From Candidatus Babeliales bacterium (GTDB lineage Bacteria; Babelota; Babeliae; Babelales; JANWKD01), in NCBI GenBank assembly GCA_963722255.1, contig CAVRJO010000002.1:256001-320000 (forward strand): DNA of 64,000 nucleotides, written 5' to 3'. The notes beneath the pieces are model-generated. The model searched no databases. It saw nothing but the letters and a program-made list of their open reading frames with translations, and was not told where the DNA came from. Made by a program: the position numbers and the translations under genes. Shown here piece by piece: positions 29,669 to 39,213 of the stretch (position 1 is the stretch's first letter; every line of letters begins with the position of its first letter).

Positions 29669-29880
29669 TATACAAACGTAAATTCCGCGCAAGCAGTGAT
29701 GGAAAACGCATCGAATAATTTTGATATTCAATTCCTGATGCAATCGCTTCTGTAAAGGCTTTTGTTTCAGTAAAATCAATAGTAAAAGAAGAAAAAAGAT
29801 GACACAAGGCAATAAAAAATACAATCTCTCTTATTTTCATTTTAGAGAGATTGTATTGTAATTCACGTAAAAGAAATACT

Positions 29881-30528
29881 CTATTTATTATCATATTGTT
29901 TGAGTAGTTCTAAAACTTTGGTAGTCTCTTGATCAATGAGTTTTCTCTCTCCCATTAATTTACAAATTGTTTCTACCAAGAACTTTGTGCTTGCAAAATC
30001 TCTTGTACGCATCCACTCTTTATATGCAGACATTTGCATTTTGGTATCTTTAAAAAATACCTCCTGGTTAGGGCCAAAATCACTATAAATTCTTTTTTTA
30101 GCCTGTGTTACATCATAGTTTTTCAAAATTTCTTTTTTTTCTTTTTTCCAAGCATCGTCAAGATTAGCGTAAAGATATTCACGGATATAATCAGCATCTT
30201 CACCTGCTTCTACGGCGCCTCTTTCAATAAGCATATTATAGTATCTCTCTTCTCCTACTTTATACATATGAAATTCTGCAAAAAAGTTCCCATAAGCAGC
30301 CAACAATGCGGGATTATCATTATAATCGTCGTTAGATAGAATAGTTCTGCCTCTTTGTATAACAATTGAATCAGTCTCTACATTCAATAGCTCATTAAGC
30401 CGTTCAGTTACAGCTATATCTTTGTTAACAACTTCTTTAGCTTCGCCTTTCTTTTTTTCCATAGCGTTCATACTATTCATTGAAGCGACACAAAACATAA
30501 GCATCAGACTTTGTTTGTAATTAATCAT
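29881..30528 (-). CDS. Hypothetical secreted protein
   Basis: Signal peptide ending NAME; N-terminus shared with 47772-48449. Confidence 0.75.
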   Translation of the reverse strand: MINYKQSLMLMFCVASMNSMNAMEKKKGEAKEVVNKDIAVTERLNELLNVETDSIVIQRGRTILSNDDYNDNPALLAAYGNFFAEFHMYKVGEERYYNMLIERGAVEAGEDADYIREYLYANLDDAWKKEKKEILKNYDVTQAKKRIYSDFGPNQEVFFKDTKMQMSAYKEWMRTRDFASTKFLVETICKLMGERKLIDQETTKVLELLKQYDNK

Positions 30529-30586
30529 GGAAACCCTTCCTTAAATATGTTGTAAAAAATATAACAAAAACTACAAAATCTAGGTA

Positions 30587-30616
30587 AAGAATAACGCCAT
30601 TAATTACTCATGTCTA
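30587..30616 (-). promoter_or_regulatory. Sigma70-like promoter TAGACA-17-TATTCT, also present at 48485-48514
   Basis: 25/30 identity between the two copies; canonical spacing. Confidence 0.65.
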
Positions 30617-30723
30617 GATCAATTGATCGACTAGATCAGCAAAATGATTAACTCGTTTCAAATTTTATTATTTCTTGTAAACTAATATAAAATAAATATA
30701 ATTATCAGGTTCGAGGAAAAATT

Positions 30724-31476
30724 ATGAAAATACTCAATTCAGCATTTTATTTCTTAACAATTTTCTATGCAACTTCATCTTATGCAATGGAACAAAATAA
30801 TCGCATATCACAACAAAAGTTTAACAATCCTACTTTTTTAGAAAAAATCTGTAAATCTGATGGAGTATTATTAAGAGCAGCTTTAGACCAAGGGCTTTCA
30901 CCAAATGCTCACATGTATCCTTATGTACAATTATTGACCTATGTTTTAGATCATTCCTATTCACATTCAGTTAACAATGCAAAAGAATTAGTAAACCGTG
31001 GTGCGATTGTTAGATCTTCACATGTCTATGAATCTATAAAATTTCATGATATAGAACTATTCACTATCTTGCTTAATGCATGTACAGACTTTGATATAGA
31101 AGAAGACAAACAACATGGGTACCATGGTTATACACTTTTACATAGTGTAGCGGCTAGGGGAGGGAATTATGAACTGGTAGAAAAATGTATGCAATTAGGT
31201 TATAACATAGAGGCACAAGATGATAAAGCTGGCAATACTCCGTTATTTGAAGCAATATTAAAACTTAAAATACCTGCTATAAGAGCATTGATTGCTCATG
31301 GAGCAAACCTTCATGCAAAAAATAAATCTGGTAAAACCATTTTAATGTGCGCAGAACAAAATTCAACGTTGATTGCTAAAAATATAAAAATGCATTTGAG
31401 AGTGCAAACTTATCTTGGGTTAGGTAAACAGTTACCAGTTGAAATAACTGACCATATCGCCAGTTTCTATAAGTAG
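30724..31476 (+). CDS. Secreted ankyrin-repeat protein with C-terminal F-box-like motif
   Basis: TLLHSVA, GNTPLFEAI, GANLHAKNKSGKT; ends LPVEITDHIASFYK. Confidence 0.88.
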   Translation: MKILNSAFYFLTIFYATSSYAMEQNNRISQQKFNNPTFLEKICKSDGVLLRAALDQGLSPNAHMYPYVQLLTYVLDHSYSHSVNNAKELVNRGAIVRSSHVYESIKFHDIELFTILLNACTDFDIEEDKQHGYHGYTLLHSVAARGGNYELVEKCMQLGYNIEAQDDKAGNTPLFEAILKLKIPAIRALIAHGANLHAKNKSGKTILMCAEQNSTLIAKNIKMHLRVQTYLGLGKQLPVEITDHIASFYK

Positions 31477-31502
31477 ATCAAATATTCGCTTATGATTAAG
31501 CG

Positions 31503-32213
31503 CTAAATTATTTTTGGAGGCAAATTAAATTCAGCTTCATACTTCTTTAGTTCAGCAAGCATCATGCGCGCTTTAAAACATTTAAATTTAGATTCATTAG
31601 AATTTTTTGATCGATCTGAACAAAAGCACTCGATGTTATTTTTTAAAAGATTTTCAACAGAATCCGATTTATCTTTATGAGCAGATTTATAAATATCCGG
31701 ATTGAATTGAAGCAAAGTAAAAAATGCTTCTAATTTTAAGTCTTCAGCTGCCTCCTGCAATAATGTTTGATTAGTTGAATAATAAGTCTCACGATGCATA
31801 GTAGACATTTTAGAATTAACTAATTCAGGTGCTTTAGTAAGCAGCAATGAAATAACGATTCCATCGTCTGCCTCAACGGCATTCGAAATGGTGTGAATAT
31901 CGGGATATACCCCTGCTTTAAGAGCAATTTTAACTAGATGAGCATTATCTGAATAATGCCAAAGAGGAAAATCATCAAGGGAACCATAACGATTTTTATA
32001 AAGCTTTAAGCTTTTTTTAAATTTTTTTGAAGCTATTTGCTCTTCTAAGTCCATCATCTTTGAATTTAAATCTACCCAGTTCTTATATTTTGGATCAAAT
32101 TCTTTTTCCTTTATTTGTTCACTATCAATTTGATTCGATGAATTTTCAGCTTGTGTGTTTAAAAAGTTGATTGCAAAAGTGAGTAATAACACTAAAGAAA
32201 AATATTTTTTCAT
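31503..32213 (-). CDS. Secreted ankyrin-like protein, paralog of 32297-32929
   Basis: Shared FPLW..LV.IALK.GV.P.IH..SNAVEA.D..TLLQ.A..NPDI.K motif; signal peptide. Confidence 0.75.
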   Translation of the reverse strand: MKKYFSLVLLLTFAINFLNTQAENSSNQIDSEQIKEKEFDPKYKNWVDLNSKMMDLEEQIASKKFKKSLKLYKNRYGSLDDFPLWHYSDNAHLVKIALKAGVYPDIHTISNAVEADDGIVISLLLTKAPELVNSKMSTMHRETYYSTNQTLLQEAAEDLKLEAFFTLLQFNPDIYKSAHKDKSDSVENLLKNNIECFCSDRSKNSNESKFKCFKARMMLAELKKYEAEFNLPPKII

Positions 32214-32296
32214 AGGACACCATAATTCATTATTAAACACTTAGAATCTTATGCCAAGACACATTGAAATCAAATAGATTGCCTACATAAGAAACT

Positions 32297-32929
32297 TTAA
32301 ACATTTTTTTCCTTATCCTGTTTTTGCAGCGCATCTTTTTCATATTCCAGTAGCAAATCAAGCATTGCACATGCTCTGCGATAATCAGAAGTGTTAACAT
32401 CGAATTCTTCCATTTTTTCTTTGAGAATATTTTTAGGGGTTTCAGACGGACGCACAGCTTTGTTGATATCTGGGTTGTAGACAAGCAAAACATTAAAAAC
32501 ATCAATCAGCAAATGCCTTGATGCATATTGCAATAAGGTATCGGAAGTTACTGCAAAACTGCCCATTTGCAAAGACAACCCTTCTTGCATTTTCAATGTA
32601 CCTTGAAGTCGAGAAGAAAAACACTCATTAACATGACTAGAATCTTCATCAAGCAACATTGCTACCATTTTAACATCATTTGCCTCAACGGCATTAGAAA
32701 GAGAATGTATTTCAGGATTAACTCCTTTTTTGAGAGCAATTCTAACTAATTCTTCACAACCAGAAAGCGTCCATAAAGGAAAATTGCTTAGATCTCCGTG
32801 AACTACTTTATAACTTTTAATAAATTTTTTGAATTCACTTTTAGTATATGGCGATTGGTTCATACAGAGTATTGAAAAACTGTATGTAATTAAGCTTAAT
32901 GATAAAATTATTCTATTTTTGAAGAGCAT
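32297..32929 (-). CDS. Secreted ankyrin-like protein, paralog of 31503-32213
   Basis: Same shared motif as 31503-32213; signal peptide ending LCMN. Confidence 0.75.
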   Translation of the reverse strand: MLFKNRIILSLSLITYSFSILCMNQSPYTKSEFKKFIKSYKVVHGDLSNFPLWTLSGCEELVRIALKKGVNPEIHSLSNAVEANDVKMVAMLLDEDSSHVNECFSSRLQGTLKMQEGLSLQMGSFAVTSDTLLQYASRHLLIDVFNVLLVYNPDINKAVRPSETPKNILKEKMEEFDVNTSDYRRACAMLDLLLEYEKDALQKQDKEKNV

Positions 32930-33112
32930 AGCATTCCCTTTGGTAATATTGTGGATAAAATCTTGCATAAACAGTGTATTTTCTCTTTATTGAGATTGCA
33001 AACTATTTAATTGTTTTGGTGTATATACCTAACAATGTATAGTCACTGCCTATTTTAATTGGTAAACTTTACTAGAATAATAGTTATTACTTTCAATATG
33101 AGGATATTCATT

Positions 33113-33766
33113 ATGAAATTTTCACTCTTACAGATATTAATTTTTATGTTACCTTTTCAAACTTTTTCCATGAATAACGATACATTAAATATAATTCAAT
33201 TATCTACAATTGAAACAAAGGAATTGCTTTTGGGTGCATGTATTGAGAATACCGCATCTAATTTAGAACGGATATTGAATTCTGGTATTTCACCTGATAC
33301 AACTGTATATCCATTATTAGCGAAATGCTTAAGTAGCGGCAAAAAAGAACATATCAATTTGCTTTTAAACAGAGGAGCAACTGTTACCAAATCACACATT
33401 TTGAAATCAATTAATTTAAAAGATCTTGAATTATTTGGGCGCTTAATTCGCCAATGTAAAAATTTTAATTGCAATGAAAAACTATTACCCCATAATAATG
33501 AAACACTTTTACATGAAGCTAGCCGCAATGGATCTTCTGAGATAGTTGAAAAGCTCATTTCGCTCGGCGCTGATTTGGAAGCAGAAGATGATTTCGGGTA
33601 TACACCTCTCTTTACTGCCGTTGCACATAAAAATATACCCGTAATTAAAACGCTCTATACTAAGGGTGCAAATATACATAAAAAAATTAAATCAGGAGAA
33701 ACTGCTCTTTCTAGACTTCAAACAACCCTACCAGAACTTGCAGAAGAAATATTAATAGAAAAGTAA
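33113..33766 (+). CDS. Secreted ankyrin-repeat protein
   Basis: TLLHEASRNG, GYTPLFTAV, GANIH; paralog of 30724 and 33790 but without the F-box-like tail. Confidence 0.88.
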   Translation: MKFSLLQILIFMLPFQTFSMNNDTLNIIQLSTIETKELLLGACIENTASNLERILNSGISPDTTVYPLLAKCLSSGKKEHINLLLNRGATVTKSHILKSINLKDLELFGRLIRQCKNFNCNEKLLPHNNETLLHEASRNGSSEIVEKLISLGADLEAEDDFGYTPLFTAVAHKNIPVIKTLYTKGANIHKKIKSGETALSRLQTTLPELAEEILIEK

Positions 33767-33789
33767 AATTCCAACAAAAAGTTATTTTT

Positions 33790-34542
33790 ATGATGAAACA
33801 TATGATACTAATTCTTCCACTAATAGTGCTCTTAAATATCAATGCATTGATTTATACCATGAATAAAGATAACCAAACTATTAATCTTACGCAGTGCAAT
33901 AATCCAGCAAAGCTCTACACAAATGCTGACGTTTTATATAATTTTTGTAAAGTTGAGAATTTAGACCTATTGAAGTATGCATTAAATCACGGACTGTCTC
34001 CCAATACTGCACTTTTTCCCTTGTTAAAAACCACACTATCCAATGGCGCAATCGAATCTGCAAAGGAATTAATAAAAAGAGGAGCTTATGTTAGTTCTTC
34101 ACATATTCGTCAATCAATATCGTTATGCGATAATGAATTATTCAATAGCATATTCTCTGCTTGTGAAGATTTTGATATTGAGGAAGAAAAAGAAGAGTAC
34201 TGGCATACCTTATTACATGAAGCAGCAGCTAAAGGAACTCCCGAAATGGTCGAAAAATTCATCGAATTAGATTTTAATATCGAAGCACAAGATCGTCGTA
34301 ATCGTACACCATTATTTGTAGCAGTGAAAGCGGGTAATATCCAAAAAATTAGAGTATTAATCGCCAAAGGCGCTAACCTTCATGCAGAAAATAAATCCGG
34401 TAAAACTATTTTAATGCTTGCCCAAAAATCACCGATAGCTGCAAAAAATATTAAGGTACGTATGCAAGGTCTATCCTATCTTAGTTGTGGTAAACAGTTG
34501 CATGTTGAAATAACTGACTATATTGCTAGTTTTTATAAGTAA
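33790..34542 (+). CDS. Secreted ankyrin-repeat protein with degenerate F-box-like tail
   Basis: TLLHEAAAKG, RTPLFVAV; ends LHVEITDYIASFYK; close paralog of 30724-31476. Confidence 0.88.
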   Translation: MMKHMILILPLIVLLNINALIYTMNKDNQTINLTQCNNPAKLYTNADVLYNFCKVENLDLLKYALNHGLSPNTALFPLLKTTLSNGAIESAKELIKRGAYVSSSHIRQSISLCDNELFNSIFSACEDFDIEEEKEEYWHTLLHEAAAKGTPEMVEKFIELDFNIEAQDRRNRTPLFVAVKAGNIQKIRVLIAKGANLHAENKSGKTILMLAQKSPIAAKNIKVRMQGLSYLSCGKQLHVEITDYIASFYK

Positions 34543-34618
34543 AATTCGCTAAAATCACGATCTGTACATATCAAAGGTAAAGTAAAAATTATCTTAATTT
34601 TCATTATGAAGGAAAAAG

Positions 34619-35593
34619 TTGCTTTTTAGCTTACGGCTTTTTTGTATTATAATTTTTTTGGTCCTTACAAATTGGTTCACTATTTCAATCTCTGGAGAAA
34701 ATCAAGCATATAAACGTGAAATCGCTCAGCGTGCGGATGGCTCATCAATTGTTTATTATTTACAGCTTCCAATTAATACAGATCAAAAATATCCAATGGT
34801 TGTACTTTGTGACGGTTCATATGAACCATTCGGAACAATTCAAAATGTATTGCCGCTCCATGATTTTTTTGCACAACTTCTTGAATCATGCAATGTTGGT
34901 TTACTAACCGTTGAAAAATGGGGAGTTGATGGGAATCATGTTGATAAATCACTATTTCACAGTCACAATACACGCTCGCAACGAACTCAAGATCATCTTG
35001 ATCTACTACAATTACTTGATCAAAAACATATACCCGGATGGAATGGAAAATATGTAGTAATTGGAGGCTCTGAAGGAGGCGATGTTATCACCAGACTTAT
35101 GCTAGCGCGCGCAGAATCTATTATCGCTGCTATTAACTAAGCAGGCATTGGTGCTTGGGGTTGGCAAGATCAGATATGGGCATATATTCAACACATGCGG
35201 AAGCATGGTTCATTAATGATGAAATTATATATATGGTGGAAAAGATTACCCAAAACGCGTCAAGAATATGATCAGGTTTTTGCGCAAATCTTAAAAAATC
35301 CGACCCATACAAAATGGTGGTTTGGACAAACATATAAATATTGGGCCGATGCATTTTTACACAACATTATGGACGATTTTTATGCGCTTAAGATCCCTTT
35401 GTTAATCATTATGGGAACGAGTGATCCCGGCCTTAAATCATGTGATGAGTTAATTGACCAAGCCTCAAAACACGATATGCCCATAACTTATTGGCGCATT
35501 GAGGGTATGAACCACACTATTAGCAAAGATCGACCTGATATTTTCCCCAAGTCTATAGAATGGTTACATAAAATTTTGAGCAAGAAAACTTAG
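34619..35593 (+). pseudogene. Alpha/beta hydrolase interrupted by an in-frame TAA at 35138-35140
   Basis: GGSEGG nucleophile elbow before the stop; GTSD and GMNH after it. Both ORFs are in the same frame. Confidence 0.75.
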
Positions 35594-35634
35594 GAATCTT
35601 ATTTTTATACAATAATACTTAATGGCTTTAAATC

Positions 35635-36136
35635 TAATATTCAAACAAATACAAAAAGAAATATTATTGACATTTTATTAAGCTTTGTTATTATTTATAA
35701 TAATTGAAATATTTCAATATTTTTTAATAATAAGAAATCTATTATGAAGATTCATAACAAAATTCTATTAATAATACCACTAATTATTGGCTTAGGTTTA
35801 GTTGGAAATAGCAATGGGATGCGCATCAAAGAGAAATTGTCTACATGGGATCCTGCAACCCGCCATCCTTATGCTCAACCCATAACAACTGATAAAGGTA
35901 ATGGATATACATGGAAAATCCGAGAAACTTACAGAATTTGGGGCATAGGTGTATATACAGAGAAGGTGCTTTATCAACAAGTAAGAGGCAGCTATAATTA
36001 TCCCTATCCGCCAGAAGAACTAGAAAGATCTGATTTTACACTATGCAAAAAGATAAAAGCTCTTTTAGGCGGCGCTGCACTCTTAACAGCTGGTGGGCTT
36101 TGGTATTGGTGGAAACATAAAAATTAGCTTATTTAT
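35635..36136 (+). repeat. Direct repeat copy 1 (gene plus upstream region); copy 2 at 38966-40219
   Basis: Near-identical sequence visible by eye. Confidence 0.9.
35744..36127 (+). CDS. Hypothetical secreted protein with a C-terminal membrane anchor
   Basis: Signal peptide; C-terminal ALLGGAALLTAGGLWYWWKHK. Confidence 0.75.
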   Translation: MKIHNKILLIIPLIIGLGLVGNSNGMRIKEKLSTWDPATRHPYAQPITTDKGNGYTWKIRETYRIWGIGVYTEKVLYQQVRGSYNYPYPPEELERSDFTLCKKIKALLGGAALLTAGGLWYWWKHKN

Positions 36137-36180
36137 TAAATGTATACAATTTTGTTGTACAAATACTCTGGAGGTTTTCT

Positions 36181-36951
36181 ATGAATAAATTATCAAAGCT
36201 TTTCCTATTTTTTCTAACAATGCTTTCCTGGAGTTGTGGATCTATAAATTCCGCTACCATCACCACTACCTCAACCGATGAAGCAACAGGAGTTAAGACC
36301 TACATAACAACCTATCCATTTTCAGCTAAAAAAGGCTTGGTCAGAATAAAAAATAGTATTCGTTGGAAAGGCGGATTATACCCCGGCTGTTTATACCCAG
36401 ATGATTGTCAAAATATTACGTTAACTGTTGAACGACATTCTTCAAATCAGGTTATTGTTAAAGCATTTCTTAACAAAGCTTTAGTCGAGCTGCTTGATGA
36501 AGGCGAAGATAAGAGTAACAGACGTCCATGGCACAAGCTTCACACACCCAACAACTGGTATAAAGAAAATGGCTTCATTTGGGTGCCATGGTTCGATGAC
36601 ACTATAGAGGATATGAAAAATCTTTTTAAAGCAAAAAGATGGGATACGATGCGAGGAGACAACAGATTACAACTTACACTGAATGAACCTGGCCATTATC
36701 ATATTATTGTCCCGCTTGATGCCGATGTAGAAGTTGATTTTTCAGAGGGGGATATTAACTATATAACACCGCCCTGGCAAGCCCGAACCCATCTTTCAAT
36801 AGAAAGTAGCACGGTGAATCACGGTGGAGATTCCGGGTGTTCTTTGCCGGCAGAACCAAAACAATCTTGGACATATTATTGGGGAAATCAATCTGACCCG
36901 TTAACAAAATTAATAACTCAAAAAGGGCATATTAATGTGCCTAATCCTTAA
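36181..36951 (+). CDS. Hypothetical secreted protein or lipoprotein
   Basis: GGAGG RBS; signal peptide with SWSC. Confidence 0.7.
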   Translation: MNKLSKLFLFFLTMLSWSCGSINSATITTTSTDEATGVKTYITTYPFSAKKGLVRIKNSIRWKGGLYPGCLYPDDCQNITLTVERHSSNQVIVKAFLNKALVELLDEGEDKSNRRPWHKLHTPNNWYKENGFIWVPWFDDTIEDMKNLFKAKRWDTMRGDNRLQLTLNEPGHYHIIVPLDADVEVDFSEGDINYITPPWQARTHLSIESSTVNHGGDSGCSLPAEPKQSWTYYWGNQSDPLTKLITQKGHINVPNP

Positions 36952-36975
36952 AAAGGTCAAAGCAATTTTGTAAAA

Positions 36976-38220
36976 TTATGTAATATCTTCCCACAATGCA
37001 TTAATCGGAAGCGCAAAAAGATCTTTTTCAAAAGGAATATATTGTGATCCAGTATAAAGAACAATTCCTTTGATAAAATTATCTTTTGCCTTTTCTCGTA
37101 AATATCTAAGTCCTTTAAAATCGCTTGGATTAACCGTTGTGCTATTTTTGATTTCAATACCAACAATATTGCCAGAACGATCCTCTAAAACAATATCAAC
37201 TTCTTCACCACTGGATGTTCTAAAATGATACATTTGAACGTGTAGTTTACTCCATGTTGATTGTTTTTGAAGTTCATTCATTACAAAATTTTCCATTATT
37301 TTTCCTGTATGAAGATTATCATCTAATAATTTTTCTAATGAAACATCAAGAAGATAGGCTAATAACCCGGAATCTACCAGATATAATTTTGGAGCTTTAG
37401 TAATTCTTGATGTTGCATTATTGCTCCATGTTTGTTTAAGATTCACCATAAAAATTGTTTCTAGAAGTGCAATATAGCGATGCACTGTTTTTGCTGAAAT
37501 CTTGCTATCTCGAGCTACTTCAGCAACATTAAGAAGATTGGATGCTCGCACTGCTAAAATTTTCAAAAGATTAGGCAACTCAGTTATTTTTTCAATCTGT
37601 GCTAAATCTTTAATATCTCTTTGCAAAATCAAATTTAAATAATTGCGCATCCAGGCTTCCTGATCTTCCACAGTAAGATTTTGAACCGATGGATATCCTC
37701 CCATTATTACCCGGGTATATAATGCTTTTTTCGTTAAACTTTTTTGAGGTGATTTTAATTGCTTCTTACCAAAAATTGTATCAATAAATTGCTCTTCATG
37801 ATTATAAATTTCTCCCTGAGATAAGGGCATTAAATTAATAACTTCCATTCTTCCTGCTAGTGAGTCTCCTAATCTCGGTATTAATAAAGGATTGGCTGAT
37901 CCGGTTAATAAATACCTCCCGGCGACTCGATTGTTATCTACATCTCTTTTGATTGCTAAAAAAATTTCAGGAACACGCTGAACTTCATCAATAATTAATG
38001 GCTTATTTATTGTAGAAAGAAAATCGGTACTATTACTTTTTGCTGCTAAATAGGTTATTTCATCATCAAAGGTTACATAGGTATAATTGTTTTCCTTCAT
38101 AAACTCTAAGGCAAGCGTTGTTTTACCAATTTGCCGTGCTCCGTTAAGTAATACTACCGGACTTCTTTTTAAAGCCTTTGTTAATAAAGGTTTTATATAT
38201 CTTTTAAACATCTTTTTCAC
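36976..38220 (-). CDS. AAA+ ATPase with DUF4143 C-terminal domain
   Basis: GARQIGKTT, IIDEVQR, LTGSA, DSLAGR, PKLYLVDSGL, FRT..GEEVD..IEIK. Confidence 0.92.
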   Translation of the reverse strand: MKKMFKRYIKPLLTKALKRSPVVLLNGARQIGKTTLALEFMKENNYTYVTFDDEITYLAAKSNSTDFLSTINKPLIIDEVQRVPEIFLAIKRDVDNNRVAGRYLLTGSANPLLIPRLGDSLAGRMEVINLMPLSQGEIYNHEEQFIDTIFGKKQLKSPQKSLTKKALYTRVIMGGYPSVQNLTVEDQEAWMRNYLNLILQRDIKDLAQIEKITELPNLLKILAVRASNLLNVAEVARDSKISAKTVHRYIALLETIFMVNLKQTWSNNATSRITKAPKLYLVDSGLLAYLLDVSLEKLLDDNLHTGKIMENFVMNELQKQSTWSKLHVQMYHFRTSSGEEVDIVLEDRSGNIVGIEIKNSTTVNPSDFKGLRYLREKAKDNFIKGIVLYTGSQYIPFEKDLFALPINALWEDIT

Positions 38221-38408
38221 CTAACTTTTGTAAAATCTGCCAGCAACTGTCATAAATTATGACAGCAACTGACATTTTTTACAAGATATTTAAAAGTGTT
38301 ATATCTTTTTGATGCAAGAAAGGTTATCGAAGCATAAATAAATAATATTATAATTCAGACAATAGTTATTATATTATGTTATAATGAGAATCAAGGAGTA
38401 TATATTTT

Positions 38409-38702
38409 ATGAAAAAAATAAATGTAACATTTTCGATTTCAGTAGAAACAAATGAGCTTTTGCACACTTTAGTTGGAAGAAAAAAATTAAGCGCTTTTGT
38501 TTCTTCTGTTTTACAGAAAGCCCTTGAAGAAAAAGCTAATGCCTTAAAAAGAGCCTATGCGGAAGCTGAAACAGATCCCAATCGTATTGCATGCATTGAT
38601 GATTGGCTTCCTACAGATACAGAGAGTTGGGAATGTAACAATTTCCAAGAAGAGGCGAAATTTATTGGGTTAACCTTGATCCAACAACAGGTAGTGAAAT
38701 AA
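38409..38702 (+). CDS. Putative antitoxin (RHH-like) with C-terminal read-through extension
   Basis: AGGAG RBS; short beta-alpha-alpha N-terminus; ends ..DDW..D.ESWE directly before a mazF-like gene. Confidence 0.75.
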   Translation: MKKINVTFSISVETNELLHTLVGRKKLSAFVSSVLQKALEEKANALKRAYAEAETDPNRIACIDDWLPTDTESWECNNFQEEAKFIGLTLIQQQVVK

Positions 38703-38968
38703 CAAAAACACGACCTGCTGTTATTATTTCTAATAATGTCGGCAATGAAATTTCAAGTAGAGTCATTGTTGCCCCAATCACAAGCAGCATTAAAAAAATA
38801 CTTCCTTTTGAAGTTGCAATAACTATTAAAGATAAAAAAGGCAAGGTTCTCTTGGATCAAATAAGAACTATTGATAAAATTAGACTCGGCACTAAAATTA
38901 GCACCTGCGATAAATCTACAATGCATGCTATAATTGATGCCTTAAAAATTGTCCTTGAGATTGATTAA
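38633..38968 (+). pseudogene. mazF: MazF/PemK-family toxin with a stop at codon 2 (missing from the ORF track)
   Basis: ATG TAA then QFPRRGEIYWVNLDPTTGSEITKTRPAVIISN..VIVAPITS..DQIRTIDKIRL; 112 codons in total. Confidence 0.88.
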
Positions 38969-39213
38969 TATTCAAACAAATACAAAAAGAAATTGTCTAC
39001 ATGGAATCCTGCAATCCACCATCCGTATGCTCAACCCATAAAAACTGATAAAGGTAATGGATATACATGGAAAATCCGAGAAACTTACAGAATTTGGGGC
39101 ATAGGTATTTATACAGAGAAGGTGCTTTATCAACAAATAAAAGACAGCTATAATTATCCCTATCCACCAGAAGAACTAGAAAGATCTGATTTTACACTAT
39201 GCAAAAAGATTAA

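Noticed and set aside
29634..29894. 86-aa ORF with a signal-like segment
   Set aside because: Overlaps both neighbours and has no recognisable domain; possibly a truncated remnant but unsupported.
35138..35140. Stop-codon reassignment explaining in-frame TAA here and in mazF
   Set aside because: TAA terminates many intact genes in the window, such as recR, rplS and pcrA.
38358..38386. dif/pdif-like site (TTATGTTATAA) before the TA pair
   Set aside because: No recognisable XerC arm or partner site; better explained as a -10 promoter element.
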